Part shown: in pieces, positions 27,700 through 37,527 of the stretch
How positions within the stretch are numbered: position 1 is the first letter of the stretch
Layout: the number at the start of each line of letters is the position of its first letter
NCBI GenBank assembly: GCA_902797235.1
Contig: CADBSB010000006.1
Span: 1-40,290 of the forward strand
Source: an uncultured Ruminococcus sp.
Lineage (GTDB): Bacteria > Bacillota > Clostridia > Oscillospirales > CAG-272
Direction of reading: 5' to 3'
Length of the DNA stretch: 40,290 bases
The notes under the pieces: generated by a model
Seen by the model: only the letters and a program-made list of their open reading frames with translations
Told to the model about the DNA's origin: nothing
Database searches by the model: none
Position numbers and translations under genes: made by a program

Positions 27700-28839
27700 A
27701 TGGAACAGACAAAGATAATCGATTTGAAAAATATCAGCAAATCCTATAACGGAGAGACGGTTTTGAACGATATAAACCTTTACATCCGCGATAAGGAGTT
27801 CGTAACGCTTCTCGGTCCGTCCGGCTGCGGCAAGACGACCACCCTGCGTATAATCGGCGGCTTTGAGACGCCGGACACGGGCGACATATATTTTGACGGA
27901 GTAAAGATTAACGACGTTCCGCCGTACAAGCGCAACGTGAACACGGTGTTCCAGAGGTACGCGCTTTTCCCGCATTTAAACGTTTTTGAAAACGTGGCGT
28001 TCGGTCTGCGCGTCGCAAAGGTAAAGGAAAAGGAAATAGTAAAGCGCGTGAAGGAAACGCTTGAGCTCGTGAACTTGAAAGGCTTTGAGCGCCGCTCCGT
28101 CGCAACTCTGTCGGGCGGTCAGCAGCAGAGGGTCGCGATAGCGAGAGCGCTTGTGAACAATCCGAAGGTGCTTTTGCTTGACGAGCCGCTCGCCGCGCTC
28201 GATCTGAAGCTGCGCAAGGATATGCAGAACGAGTTAAAAGCCTTGCACGAGAGGACGGGCATAACGTTCATATACGTCACGCACGACCAGGAGGAGGCCC
28301 TCTCCATGTCAGACACCATAGTCGTCATGGCAAACGGAAAGATACAGCAGATAGGCACGCCGACCGATATTTACAACGAGCCGAAAAACGCCTTCGTCGC
28401 GGACTTCATAGGTGAATCGAACATACTTGACGGCGTTATGACGGAAGATTTCCTGGCGAAATTCGCGGGACACGAGTTCAAATGCCTTGACAAGGGCTTT
28501 GAGAAGAACGAGCCGGTCGATATAGTCGTCCGCCCCGAGGATATAGACATAGTCAAAGCCGAGGAGGGGATGCTCAAGGGCACGGTCACGTCCGTCACCT
28601 TCAAGGGCGTCCACTGGGAGATAATAGTCGATATACAGAATTTCAAATGGATGATACAGACGACGGATTACTGCGCGCTGGGCTCCGTTATAGGTCTGTC
28701 GATCGACCCGGACGCCATACACGTTATGAAGAAATCAGAATACTCCGATATGTTCGGCGCCTATTCGTCGTACAGCGATGAATTTGACGAGCTGTCCGTC
28801 GCCGATTCACAGCCGGCGGAAGAGGTAAAAGAAGAATGA
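27700..28839 (+). CDS. potA: Spermidine/putrescine ABC transporter ATPase
   Basis: [30 protein letters not shown] and FVADFIGE motifs; AAGGAG RBS. Confidence 0.93.
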   Translation: MEQTKIIDLKNISKSYNGETVLNDINLYIRDKEFVTLLGPSGCGKTTTLRIIGGFETPDTGDIYFDGVKINDVPPYKRNVNTVFQRYALFPHLNVFENVAFGLRVAKVKEKEIVKRVKETLELVNLKGFERRSVATLSGGQQQRVAIARALVNNPKVLLLDEPLAALDLKLRKDMQNELKALHERTGITFIYVTHDQEEALSMSDTIVVMANGKIQQIGTPTDIYNEPKNAFVADFIGESNILDGVMTEDFLAKFAGHEFKCLDKGFEKNEPVDIVVRPEDIDIVKAEEGMLKGTVTSVTFKGVHWEIIVDIQNFKWMIQTTDYCALGSVIGLSIDPDAIHVMKKSEYSDMFGAYSSYSDEFDELSVADSQPAEEVKEE

Positions 28840-29660
28840 AGCGCAAAACGTTCCTTGAAAGAGCGGCGGCGGTACCGCATATCGTCTGGATGATACTTTT
28901 CATCGTCGCGCCGCTTCTGTTCGTTATATATTTCGCGTTTACCGACGCAAGCGGAAAATTCTCGTTTTCAAACATAGTTAATCTTTCAAACTACGGCAAC
29001 ATATTCCTTATGTCCGTGCTGTTCGCGTTTTTGGCGACGGTGATATGCCTGCTTTTGGGCTATCCGCTCGCGTTCTTCATGTCACGGCTCAAGCCGTCAA
29101 CGCAGAGAGCGGTCGTACTGCTCCTCATGCTTCCGATGTGGATAAGCCTGCTTATCAGAACGTATTCGCTTCTCGCCCTGCTTGACAACGGCGGACTTCT
29201 GAATTCGCTTTTGCAGGCGCTGAATTTGCCGACGGTGAAGATAGTGGGCACGCCCGGCGCGGTCATACTCGGTATGGTCTACGACTTTTTACCGTATATG
29301 GTGCTTCCGATATATACCACGCTTTCAAAGCTCGACATAAGACTGTTCGAGGCGGCGGAGGATCTGGGCTGCAACGGCGTAAAGACGCTGTTCAAGGTCG
29401 CGCTTCCGTTATCCAAATCCGGTATAATCTCCGGCATAACGATGGTGTTCGTTCCGTCGATCAGCACGTTCTATATCTCGCAGAAGCTCGGCGGCGGCAG
29501 ATTCGACCTCATAGGCGATACGATAGAGCGCCAGTTCCTCATGAACAACAACAAAAACGTCGGCGCGGCTATATCGCTCGTCATGATGATACTGATACTT
29601 ATTTCCGTCGCGGTGATGAACAAGTTCGGCGACGACGACGGAGGTGAGCTGATAGTATGA
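28836..29660 (+). CDS. potB: Spermidine/putrescine ABC permease
   Basis: [17 protein letters not shown] and EAAEDLG motifs. Confidence 0.92.
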   Translation: MKRKTFLERAAAVPHIVWMILFIVAPLLFVIYFAFTDASGKFSFSNIVNLSNYGNIFLMSVLFAFLATVICLLLGYPLAFFMSRLKPSTQRAVVLLLMLPMWISLLIRTYSLLALLDNGGLLNSLLQALNLPTVKIVGTPGAVILGMVYDFLPYMVLPIYTTLSKLDIRLFEAAEDLGCNGVKTLFKVALPLSKSGIISGITMVFVPSISTFYISQKLGGGRFDLIGDTIERQFLMNNNKNVGAAISLVMMILILISVAVMNKFGDDDGGELIV

Positions 29661-30484
29661 AGGTTTTATCAAAAATTTACATGGTGCTTATCTTCGCCCT
29701 GCTTTACGCGCCGATAATCGTGCTCGTTTTATTCTCGTTCAACAGGGCGGGTACGTTCAACAATTATTCCGAATTTTCGTTTTACTGGTATAAAGAGCTG
29801 TTCCGCGATTCCACGGCGCTCGACGCGCTTAAAAATTCGCTGATACTGGCGCTCTCGTCAGCGGCTATCGCCACGGTCATAGGCACGCTCGCCGCATACG
29901 GTATAAACGGTATGCGCAACAAGTACGTCAAGACCGTTATAAATTCGATAACGAACATACCGATGATGAACCCGGATATAGTTACCGGCGTTTCGATGAT
30001 GCTTTTGTTCGCCGCGGCGTCCGCTATACCGTTTTTAAACGTGGAAATGGGCTTCGGCACGATGCTCATAGCTCACACGACGTTCAATCTGCCTTACGTG
30101 ATACTTTCCGTTCTGCCGAAATTCAAGCAGATGGATAAGCATTTATCCGAGGCGGCGCTCGATTTAGGCTGTACGCCGGCGCAGACGTTTTTGCGCGTGG
30201 AGCTGCCGTTCATCATGCCGGGCGTCGTATCGGGCTTCATGCTCGGCTTCACGCTGTCGCTCGACGATTTCGTGATTTCGCACTTCGTCAGCTCATCCGA
30301 TTTCAAAACCTTGCCGTTATACGTTTACAACCAGACGGCGCACGACGTAAAATTCAGTATGTACGCGCTCTGCGCACTTATGGTGTTCGCGATACTCGTG
30401 CTCATGATACTCGTGAACTTTGCCGGTGCCGACAGAAGTAATAACAAAAAGAAAAAGAAGACCCGCGCGGTCAGTAAGATTTAA
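29657..30484 (+). CDS. potC: Spermidine/putrescine ABC permease
   Basis: LYAPI..L..FSFN, EAALDLG and FTLSLDDFVIS motifs. Confidence 0.92.
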   Translation: MKVLSKIYMVLIFALLYAPIIVLVLFSFNRAGTFNNYSEFSFYWYKELFRDSTALDALKNSLILALSSAAIATVIGTLAAYGINGMRNKYVKTVINSITNIPMMNPDIVTGVSMMLLFAAASAIPFLNVEMGFGTMLIAHTTFNLPYVILSVLPKFKQMDKHLSEAALDLGCTPAQTFLRVELPFIMPGVVSGFMLGFTLSLDDFVISHFVSSSDFKTLPLYVYNQTAHDVKFSMYALCALMVFAILVLMILVNFAGADRSNNKKKKKTRAVSKI

Positions 30485-30498
30485 GAGGAGAACAACAA

Positions 30499-31731
30499 AT
30501 GAAAAAAATACTTGCTTTGATATTGCTTGCCGTTATCGTTTTGCCCGTGCTCGCATCCTGCGGAGCAGCAGGCGATACGATAACGCTGTACGTTTACAAC
30601 TGGGGCGAATATATTTCCGACGGAAGCGAGGAATCGCTTGACGTCAACGCCGAATTTGAAAAATATTGCAGTGAAAGCGAAGAGATACACAAGATAACGG
30701 GCGGAAAAAAGGTCAAGGTCAATTATTCCACCTATTCGAGCAACGAGGATCTTTATGCAAAGCTTGAATCGAATACCGTCAGCTACGACGTCGTTATCCC
30801 GTCCGACTATATGATAGCCAGACTTGCAAAAGAGGGGCTGATACAGAAGATAGACGTTTCCAAGATCGAAAACTACGGCAATATATACGATAACTTCAAA
30901 AATCTGTTCTATGATGAAAACAACGAGTACAGCGTACCGTACACCTACGGCACCGTCGGCGTGATTTACGACACGTCGAAGGTCGACGCGGAGGACGCTG
31001 CCGATCACAGCTGGGCTCTTATGTGGAACGAGAAATACGCGGGCGATATACTTCAGTTCAACAACCCGCGCGACGCTTTCGGTGTGGCGCACTTCTACCA
31101 GGGCACGAATCCCAATACCACCGACGCGGACGAATGGATAAAGGCGCAGAAGCTCCTTAAAGATCAGAAAGCCGTTGTCCAGGGCTACGTCATGGACGAG
31201 GTCTTCAATAAGATGGAGAGCGGCTCCGCCGCCGTCGCGGTTTACTACGCGGGCGATTTCCTTACGATGTACGAGGATAACGAAAACCTTGATTTCTACT
31301 ATCCGAAGGAGGGTACCAACGTATTCGTCGACGCTATGTGTGTGCCGACAAGCTCGAAGAACCCGGATCTCGCGCTTGAATATATAAACTTCATGCTCTC
31401 CGAGGAGATAGCCATAGCGAACGCCGAGGCGATCTGCTATGCGTCACCGAACAAGCTCGTCGTTGAAAACGAGGATTATAAGGAGTGCATGGCGGAGATA
31501 CACGAGAACGCCATGGATATACTCTACGGCTACGACGAGGAAAAAATGGAGTACTTCCACGATCTGCCGGACGATACGAGAGCTCTTATGAACAACCTCT
31601 GGGAGGAGCTTAAAATAGACGGAGAAAAGAACACCGCCATTATCATAATCTGCTGCGTGATGTTCGCCGTATTCGCCGCCATAATAGTGTTTATGGTAAT
31701 AAGAAAAAAGAAAAAAACGCTTTCCTACTGA
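30499..31731 (+). CDS. potD: Spermidine/putrescine-binding lipoprotein with additional C-terminal TM anchor
   Basis: Lipobox LASC, VYNWGEYI, SNE.LY, PSDYM and PKEGTN motifs; hydrophobic C-terminus followed by RKKKK. Confidence 0.92.
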   Translation: MKKILALILLAVIVLPVLASCGAAGDTITLYVYNWGEYISDGSEESLDVNAEFEKYCSESEEIHKITGGKKVKVNYSTYSSNEDLYAKLESNTVSYDVVIPSDYMIARLAKEGLIQKIDVSKIENYGNIYDNFKNLFYDENNEYSVPYTYGTVGVIYDTSKVDAEDAADHSWALMWNEKYAGDILQFNNPRDAFGVAHFYQGTNPNTTDADEWIKAQKLLKDQKAVVQGYVMDEVFNKMESGSAAVAVYYAGDFLTMYEDNENLDFYYPKEGTNVFVDAMCVPTSSKNPDLALEYINFMLSEEIAIANAEAICYASPNKLVVENEDYKECMAEIHENAMDILYGYDEEKMEYFHDLPDDTRALMNNLWEELKIDGEKNTAIIIICCVMFAVFAAIIVFMVIRKKKKTLSY

Positions 31732-31746
31732 TAAACGGTGATAAAT

Positions 31747-32040
31747 ATGAAAAAAGAACTTGTATTCGTCATGATCGCGGCGGTGTGCGTGTTTGCGATA
31801 GCCGTGTTTATGATAGGCGGAGTACTTCAGGATGTTGATTATCACGACCTGTCAAAGCTCCCGCTGCTTGAACAGAAAGCGGCGTACGATAAAATGCAGA
31901 CGCGCCGCACGATAGGCGAGGTAATGCAGCTCATAGGCGCGATATTGGCGCTGACCGGGTTTATTACCGTCACGGTCGTATCGCTTTCGATAAGCCACTA
32001 CAACGCCAAAGAGGCGGAAAAGAAATACGTAAAAGAATAA
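31747..32040 (+). CDS. Small two-TM membrane protein
   Basis: Two hydrophobic segments; inside the pot transcription unit, before the terminator. Confidence 0.65.
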   Translation: MKKELVFVMIAAVCVFAIAVFMIGGVLQDVDYHDLSKLPLLEQKAAYDKMQTRRTIGEVMQLIGAILALTGFITVTVVSLSISHYNAKEAEKKYVKE

Positions 32041-32043
32041 AGA

Positions 32044-32077
32044 AAGAAGCTGTCGCGGTGTGCGGCAGCTTTTTTTT
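32044..32077 (+). terminator. Intrinsic terminator
   Basis: AAGCTGTCGC-ggtgt-GCGGCAGCTT followed by a T-run. Confidence 0.8.
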
Positions 32078-32084
32078 GCTTTTG

Positions 32085-32153
32085 GCAGGGGCGAGCAGCG
32101 CTAGTCCGTCTCGTTTGTTCGGATTTCATCAGGCGACCGATGGTCGTCCCTAC
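32085..32153. repeat. Degenerate GTAG-type REP doublet
   Basis: GCAGGGGCGAGCAGCGCTAGTCCG ... CAGGCGACCGATGGTCGTCCCTAC in inverted arrangement. Confidence 0.5.
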
Positions 32154-32184
32154 AGGTCGCGCGGGGGCTCACGCATCCGACATC

Positions 32185-33249
32185 TTATTTTTTATACATT
32201 TCCACGATCGCTCTGTAGCTGCCGTTTTCAAGCAACTCTACGTTTTTCGGGTTTTTCCACGATATAACGCTGTTTACCGTGAAATCAAGCAGGTCGTCGG
32301 TATGGAATCTCTTTACGAGCGCGTCGAAACACGGTTTGTCGGACTTTGACAAAGCCGTGAGTTTCTCTGCCGCGGCAAGATTTTTATCGGTTATCCTGAT
32401 AATATCGCCGTCCGTCGCGCCGCGGAATTCGCGGGCGATCAGATCGTTTCTCAGTCTTCCGAATATCGTCTCCGCCTGCGCGATAAGATACGCCTCGTCA
32501 AGCTCACAGCCGAGACTGTAAAGCCCGTCTCCGATCTTTTCAAGCGACGAGACCATTTCGTCATACGGGATATCGCGGTCGTAGAATTTTGATTTTACGA
32601 GCTTATCCGCGCCGAAATCGACCAGCTCGTACATATTGCGGGTCGCCCAGTACAGAAATTCCGGTCTGTCCTTTGTGAAAAGCTGTTCGTTCAGCTGCTC
32701 AAACGTCTGATACCAGCTTACGGCGTTATCGCGGTGGATCTGCAAGGCTTCATCCGTTTTGCCCTCCGCGTGGCGGAGTATCGCCTTCATTTTCCAGGCG
32801 CCCGTACGAATGCCTATATCGGTACAGCCGTCTAAGATCTTATCGCATATCTTTTCAAGCGCGTCCTTGTGCTTGAGCGCGAGGTCGAGGTCAGGCTCCG
32901 CGTCGTACACGCCGAAAGACCACATATAGCAGTACATTATTTTATAGTCGTTCGGATATTCGCGGTAAGCTTTTTCTATTATCCTGCGGTCGCCCGTTTT
33001 GCGGTACTCTGTCAGTATTTCGTCTATTTCCTTTTCGTACTTTTCCTTGTCATAGCCCATAAGCGTATCGAGCGATACGCCGAAGTAGAACGCGAGCGGC
33101 TGTAATGCCGTTATGTCGGGGAACGTGTCGCCGCGCTCCCATTTGCTGACCGCCGCGCAGGTGACGTTCATCGCCTCCGCGAGCTGTTCCTGCGTCACGC
33201 CCTTTTCCGTGCGCAGACGCTTGATATTTGCTCCTATCGTTATTTTCAT
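32185..33249 (-). CDS. XRE-family HTH regulator with helical (TPR-like) C-terminus
   Basis: IGANIKRLR..KGVTQEQLAE...V...AVSKWERG...PDI..L..LA.YFGVSLD.L.G; GGAGG RBS. Confidence 0.88.
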   Translation of the reverse strand: MKITIGANIKRLRTEKGVTQEQLAEAMNVTCAAVSKWERGDTFPDITALQPLAFYFGVSLDTLMGYDKEKYEKEIDEILTEYRKTGDRRIIEKAYREYPNDYKIMYCYMWSFGVYDAEPDLDLALKHKDALEKICDKILDGCTDIGIRTGAWKMKAILRHAEGKTDEALQIHRDNAVSWYQTFEQLNEQLFTKDRPEFLYWATRNMYELVDFGADKLVKSKFYDRDIPYDEMVSSLEKIGDGLYSLGCELDEAYLIAQAETIFGRLRNDLIAREFRGATDGDIIRITDKNLAAAEKLTALSKSDKPCFDALVKRFHTDDLLDFTVNSVISWKNPKNVELLENGSYRAIVEMYKK

Positions 33250-33395
33250 AATAAACCTCCGAAAATAATATTTTCAGAAACGGCGCCCTTGTTTCTGACT
33301 ATATTATATCACGGATTTGTTATTTGTACAGATAACATTCGGAAAGTTATTTTTAACTGCCGGTTGAATATTTATAGTGTGGGTGTAAACGGATC

Positions 33396-33500
33396 GCGCC
33401 GCAAAACGGCGCATGAATTGCCTTTCGGTATGAATTGTCATTTGACGTGAATTGAGCCTTACGGTTGTCCGTAAGGCTCATGAATTGCCCCTGCGGGGCG
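33396..33500. repeat. Hairpin array with RTGAATT linkers
   Basis: Five hairpins separated by ATGAATT/GTGAATT at 33413, 33430, 33447 and 33480. Confidence 0.7.
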
Positions 33501-33503
33501 TTT

Positions 33504-34064
33504 TTAATCATTGATTTTTATTTCTTCACATCCGAGAGCGGAGATTTCATCGGGATCGTGGGTTATTATCAAAAGCAGTTTGTCTTTTTCAAGCTCTTTT
33601 ATCAGATTTATGATTTTATCCCTTATATCCGCGTCAAGCGCTGTGAAAGGCTCGTCAAGGAGCAGTATATCGTGACCGTACGACAGCGCCCGGGCTATCG
33701 CAACTCTCCGGTTCATACCGCCGGAAAGCTCGGACGGGTACTTATCGACAGCTTCAATAAGTCCGACCTCGCGGAGCAGGGAAAGGCTTTTTTCTTTATC
33801 GCCGCAAGCCGTGAAAACGTTTTCGTACGCCGTCATTTGCGGAAGCAGTCTGTTCTCCTGGAATACGTATGAAATTTTGCCGTCCGCGTTTATTTCGCCC
33901 GCGTATCCGGTATCGAGCCCGGAAATCATACGGAAAAGCGTGGTCTTGCCCGCGCCAGACGGACCGGACAGGGCGTAAAAGCCTTTGTCGGGCAAGGACA
34001 GCGAAAATCCGTCGAATATCACGTTTTCATCAAACGCTTTTTTCAGGTCTTTTATTTCTATCAT
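33504..34064 (-). CDS. NitT/TauT-family ABC transporter ATPase
   Basis: GPSGAGKTT, VFQENRLLP, LSGGMNRR and LDEPF motifs. Confidence 0.9.
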   Translation of the reverse strand: MIEIKDLKKAFDENVIFDGFSLSLPDKGFYALSGPSGAGKTTLFRMISGLDTGYAGEINADGKISYVFQENRLLPQMTAYENVFTACGDKEKSLSLLREVGLIEAVDKYPSELSGGMNRRVAIARALSYGHDILLLDEPFTALDADIRDKIINLIKELEKDKLLLIITHDPDEISALGCEEIKIND

Positions 34065-34821
34065 ACTTACTCTTTTTCTTACTCAGATCAACCGCCGCCA
34101 TGAGCAGCTTTTCGATTATAACGCTTATTAAGATCACCGTTACCGTCCACGCGAACATATCCGCCGTTTCAAGATAAACCTTTGACTGGTACAGCTTGTT
34201 GCCGATCGAATACGCCGCGAAGCACAGGACCTCCGACGCGACGCCCGCCTTCCACGCAAGGCCGAGGCACGTTTTCATTCCCGCGGTGAGGTACGGCAAA
34301 ACGGACGGCAGATATACGGTTTTGAGCGTTTTGCGGCGCCCGAAACCGAAGATCTTTGCCACCTCAAGCAGCTGTTTATCCGTTTCGATTATCCCCTGTT
34401 TTACGTTTCCGTGTATGACGGGAAGCACCATGAGCGCGGAGATGAAAACCGGTATAAGCTCCTTGTTTATCCACACGAGCGCGAGGATTATGAAGGACGC
34501 GACGGGCGTCGCCTTTATCACGTTGTAGAGCGGTGATAAAAGCGTATCGACCGTTTTGAATTTTGCGCAAAGCACGCCCGATATTATGCCGAGCAGTACC
34601 GCCGCGGCAAATCCCGCGGTGATACGCAGGACCGACATAAGAACGGATATGTGGAAATCCGACGTTTTTATAAGCTCGATTAGCCGTACCGCCACGGCGG
34701 GCGGAGACGGGATGAGCACCTGTTTATTTACTATCAGCGATATTATCCACCACACGCCGACCCAGAATACAAGCGCGAGAGCCGAGCGCAGAGGAGAGGG
34801 AAGGCTGAACCGCCTCTTCAT
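34030..34821 (-). CDS. NitT/TauT-family ABC permease
   Basis: LIPSP, TPVASFI, LLEVAKIFG and WK..VASE motifs. Confidence 0.88.
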   Translation of the reverse strand: MKRRFSLPSPLRSALALVFWVGVWWIISLIVNKQVLIPSPPAVAVRLIELIKTSDFHISVLMSVLRITAGFAAAVLLGIISGVLCAKFKTVDTLLSPLYNVIKATPVASFIILALVWINKELIPVFISALMVLPVIHGNVKQGIIETDKQLLEVAKIFGFGRRKTLKTVYLPSVLPYLTAGMKTCLGLAWKAGVASEVLCFAAYSIGNKLYQSKVYLETADMFAWTVTVILISVIIEKLLMAAVDLSKKKSKYDRNKRPEKSV

Positions 34822-35798
34822 TTTACTCCGTAGTAGAACGCGTCGTCCGGCAGCTTGCCGCCGACGGATTTCGGCGCGGCCTCGAATAAAACGTTAAGCA
34901 TCGCGGAAACGGAAGCCTTCATTTCGGCGCCTTCCACGAGTACGATGTTGCAGTTCGGCAGCGCTTTTTTGGCGACAGCCGCCTTCGGCACTATGCCCGC
35001 CGCCTCTATCATCGCAGACGCATCGTCGACGTTATTGTTGACGTAATCGACGGAGGCCTTGTATTCTTCAAGGAACGTCTTTAACGCCTGCGGATACTTT
35101 TCCGCAAAGTCTTTGTTTACTATAATACAGCCTTGAACAAGCTCAGTATCTGCGACCTTTCTCCATTCGGCGGTGAGGTCGAGCGCTATTCTGACGTCCT
35201 TGCTGTTGAGCAGGACGGAGGTGACGTTCGGCTCCGGGAGCATACCGAGGACCACGTCGCCCGACGCCATCTGCGTCGCCAGCTCCGCGTGCTCCGCAAG
35301 GTATTCGATCGTAACGTCGTTATCGGGGTCTATGCCGTTCTTCGTTAAGATATAACGCAGGGTATATTCGGGGTTTGCGCCCTGGCCCGTCGCGTATATC
35401 TTTTTGCCCTTTAAATCGGCGACGGAGTTTATTGTATTGCCGTTTTCAAGCACGTAAAGCACGCCGAGCGTGTTTACGCCCGCGACCGCTATTTTGCCCT
35501 CTGTCTTGTTGTAGAGGACGGACGCGAGGTTTACGGGGACGGCGGCTATCTCAAAATCGCCCTTTATGACCTCCGCGCTTATCTGATCGGGCGCGGACGC
35601 GATATTGAACGTGTACGTCTGTTTTGTTTTTGATTCCTTGTTATCGGATATGAGCTTTGCCATGCCCATACCGGTCGGACCCATGAGGGTGTAAACTCTG
35701 ATCTGCTCGGGTTTAGCCTCTGTCTTTGTGCAGGAAGTCAGTATTACCGCCGATACGGCGAATATGACCGCTAAAATAATCGATAAAGCTTTTTTCAT
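34818..35798 (-). CDS. ABC substrate-binding lipoprotein (SsuA/THI5-like)
   Basis: Lipobox LTSC, GPTGMG, P.NLA.VLYNK, DLKGKKI and LPEP motifs. Confidence 0.85.
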   Translation of the reverse strand: MKKALSIILAVIFAVSAVILTSCTKTEAKPEQIRVYTLMGPTGMGMAKLISDNKESKTKQTYTFNIASAPDQISAEVIKGDFEIAAVPVNLASVLYNKTEGKIAVAGVNTLGVLYVLENGNTINSVADLKGKKIYATGQGANPEYTLRYILTKNGIDPDNDVTIEYLAEHAELATQMASGDVVLGMLPEPNVTSVLLNSKDVRIALDLTAEWRKVADTELVQGCIIVNKDFAEKYPQALKTFLEEYKASVDYVNNNVDDASAMIEAAGIVPKAAVAKKALPNCNIVLVEGAEMKASVSAMLNVLFEAAPKSVGGKLPDDAFYYGVK

Positions 35799-35813
35799 TT
35801 TGTTTTTCTCCTT

Positions 35814-36464
35814 TTATATTGATTTAAGTTTTCCGTATGAAAGTATTTTTACAAACGCGCCGTCTTTTTTTATTATCTTTTCCTCCGATAAGGAGGTGAT
35901 GGCGCGGTAGAGTGTCGGCCGGCTTACGTTCAGGTACTGCGCCAGCCGCGACATATTGGGCGGCAGCTTTACGACGCCGTCGTTATCCGGCAGGGAAAGC
36001 AGGTAGCCCGCAAGCGTTTTGACGCCGTCCCCCGCGGTGAATGCGGCGATCTTTTTGTTCAAAAACCTGATCCGGTCCGACAAAAATACGACGTAATTGA
36101 GAGTGAATCTGTTATCGTGCGATAAAAGCTGTGTCACCGCGTCGCGCGGGATGATAAGACATTCGCACCGGTCGGCCGCCTTCACGCTTGAAAACATTGA
36201 TTCGTTTGAGAAAAGCTGAGCCGCGCCGAATACTCCGCCGCTTCTTATGGAATTAAGAAGCACGGTGTTTTCTCTCTCCGCGCGGTAAACGTTTACCGTG
36301 CCGTGTATGACGCAGAAGAGGGACGGCGGATCCGTTTGTATCTCCTCGCCCTTTTCAAATTCGCGTACGGCGGACGCGGATACGGCTGCTGACAGCCGTT
36401 TTTCGTCGACGCCCGCGAACAGCGGCGTGTTTTTCAGAAACTCAAAATAATTCGTATTCTGCAT
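35814..36464 (-). CDS. Crp/Fnr family transcriptional regulator
   Basis: cNMP-binding-like domain (PLF.G..., G.VFG) and C-terminal HTH LAQYLNVSRPTLYR. Confidence 0.88.
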   Translation of the reverse strand: MQNTNYFEFLKNTPLFAGVDEKRLSAAVSASAVREFEKGEEIQTDPPSLFCVIHGTVNVYRAERENTVLLNSIRSGGVFGAAQLFSNESMFSSVKAADRCECLIIPRDAVTQLLSHDNRFTLNYVVFLSDRIRFLNKKIAAFTAGDGVKTLAGYLLSLPDNDGVVKLPPNMSRLAQYLNVSRPTLYRAITSLSEEKIIKKDGAFVKILSYGKLKSI

Positions 36465-36478
36465 ATTGCCTCAAAAAC

Positions 36479-36639
36479 TGTTTCATATGAAACACTTTAT
36501 TTCCGCGCCATTATATACCGTTTTTTCGCGTTTGTCAATAGTATACGATGAAAGTTTAAAAATATGTATCAAATGAAACACATTTGTCAAATCCATTACT
36601 TATAATGCACTTGACAAATACAAATATATATGATAATAT
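36479..36639. promoter_or_regulatory. Divergent sigma-A promoters with two palindromic operator candidates
   Basis: Minus strand: TTGACA(36538-33)-17-TATAAT(36515-10). Plus strand: TTGACA(36611-16)-17-TAATAT with TG. Palindromes TGTTTCATATGAAACA at 36479-94 and TGTATCAAATGAAACA at 36565-80. Confidence 0.75.
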
Positions 36640-36689
36640 TGGTTTAATAAAATAAGTTTATACGTATGTTATAATAAAAGGAGACAGAA

Positions 36690-37526
36690 TTGAGAGTTAT
36701 AATTGGTATAGACGTCGGCGGCAGTACGACGAAGATCGTCGGCTTTGACGGCGAAAAAAAACTGATACGACCGATGTTCGTAAGAGCTACGGACCCGATA
36801 ACGAGCGTTTACGGCGCTTTCGGTAAATTCACGAGCGAAAACGGGCTCGATATTTCCGATATAGAAAAGGTCATGATAACGGGCGTCGGCTCAACTATGA
36901 TAAAAAACGCGATATACGGTCTTCCGTGCGAGCACGTAAAGGAATTTGAATGCGTGGGCTTGGGCGGTCTTTATCTGTCGCGCCTGAAACGCGCCGTGAT
37001 CGTGAGCATGGGCACCGGCACGTCGATAACGTACGGCGATTATACGGACGGAAAATATTCGTTTGAGTATCTCGGCGGCACGGGCGTCGGAGGCGGCACG
37101 GTTATGGGCCTGTCCAAAAAACTGCTCGGCGGCGTTTCAAATATCGACTCCATAGTAGAGCTCGCACAGGGCGGCGATATAGGGCGCGTGGACTTGCAGA
37201 TAAAAGAGATGACGGATAAGGATTTCGGCCTCCCCGCAAATCTGACGGCGGCGAACTTCGGCAAGGTGGACGATCTTGCCACGCGCGGCGACCTTGCGGC
37301 GGGTCTCTTGAACATGGTATTTGAGACGGCGGCGATGATAGCGCGTTTTGCCGCGCGCTCCTGCGGCACGCAGGACATAGTGCTTACGGGAAATCTGACA
37401 ACGATACCGCAGTGCGAGCCGAAATTCAAAGAATTAAAAGAAATATTTTCGGAAAACTACATAATCCCGAAGAATTCGCAGTACGCGACCGTTATCGGCG
37501 CGGCGCTGCTCGCGTATATGCAGTGA
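36690..37526 (+). CDS. coaW: Type II pantothenate kinase (CoaW/Fumble-like)
   Basis: GIDVGGSTTK, EF...G.G, SMGTGTS, GTGVGGGT, VDL and TAANFG motifs; TTG start after AAGGAG. Confidence 0.85.
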   Translation: MRVIIGIDVGGSTTKIVGFDGEKKLIRPMFVRATDPITSVYGAFGKFTSENGLDISDIEKVMITGVGSTMIKNAIYGLPCEHVKEFECVGLGGLYLSRLKRAVIVSMGTGTSITYGDYTDGKYSFEYLGGTGVGGGTVMGLSKKLLGGVSNIDSIVELAQGGDIGRVDLQIKEMTDKDFGLPANLTAANFGKVDDLATRGDLAAGLLNMVFETAAMIARFAARSCGTQDIVLTGNLTTIPQCEPKFKELKEIFSENYIIPKNSQYATVIGAALLAYMQ

Positions 37527-37527
37527 T

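Noticed and set aside
33396-33500. CRISPR array
   Set aside because: The repeats are only 7-8 nt, the spacers are palindromic and unequal, and there are no cas genes.
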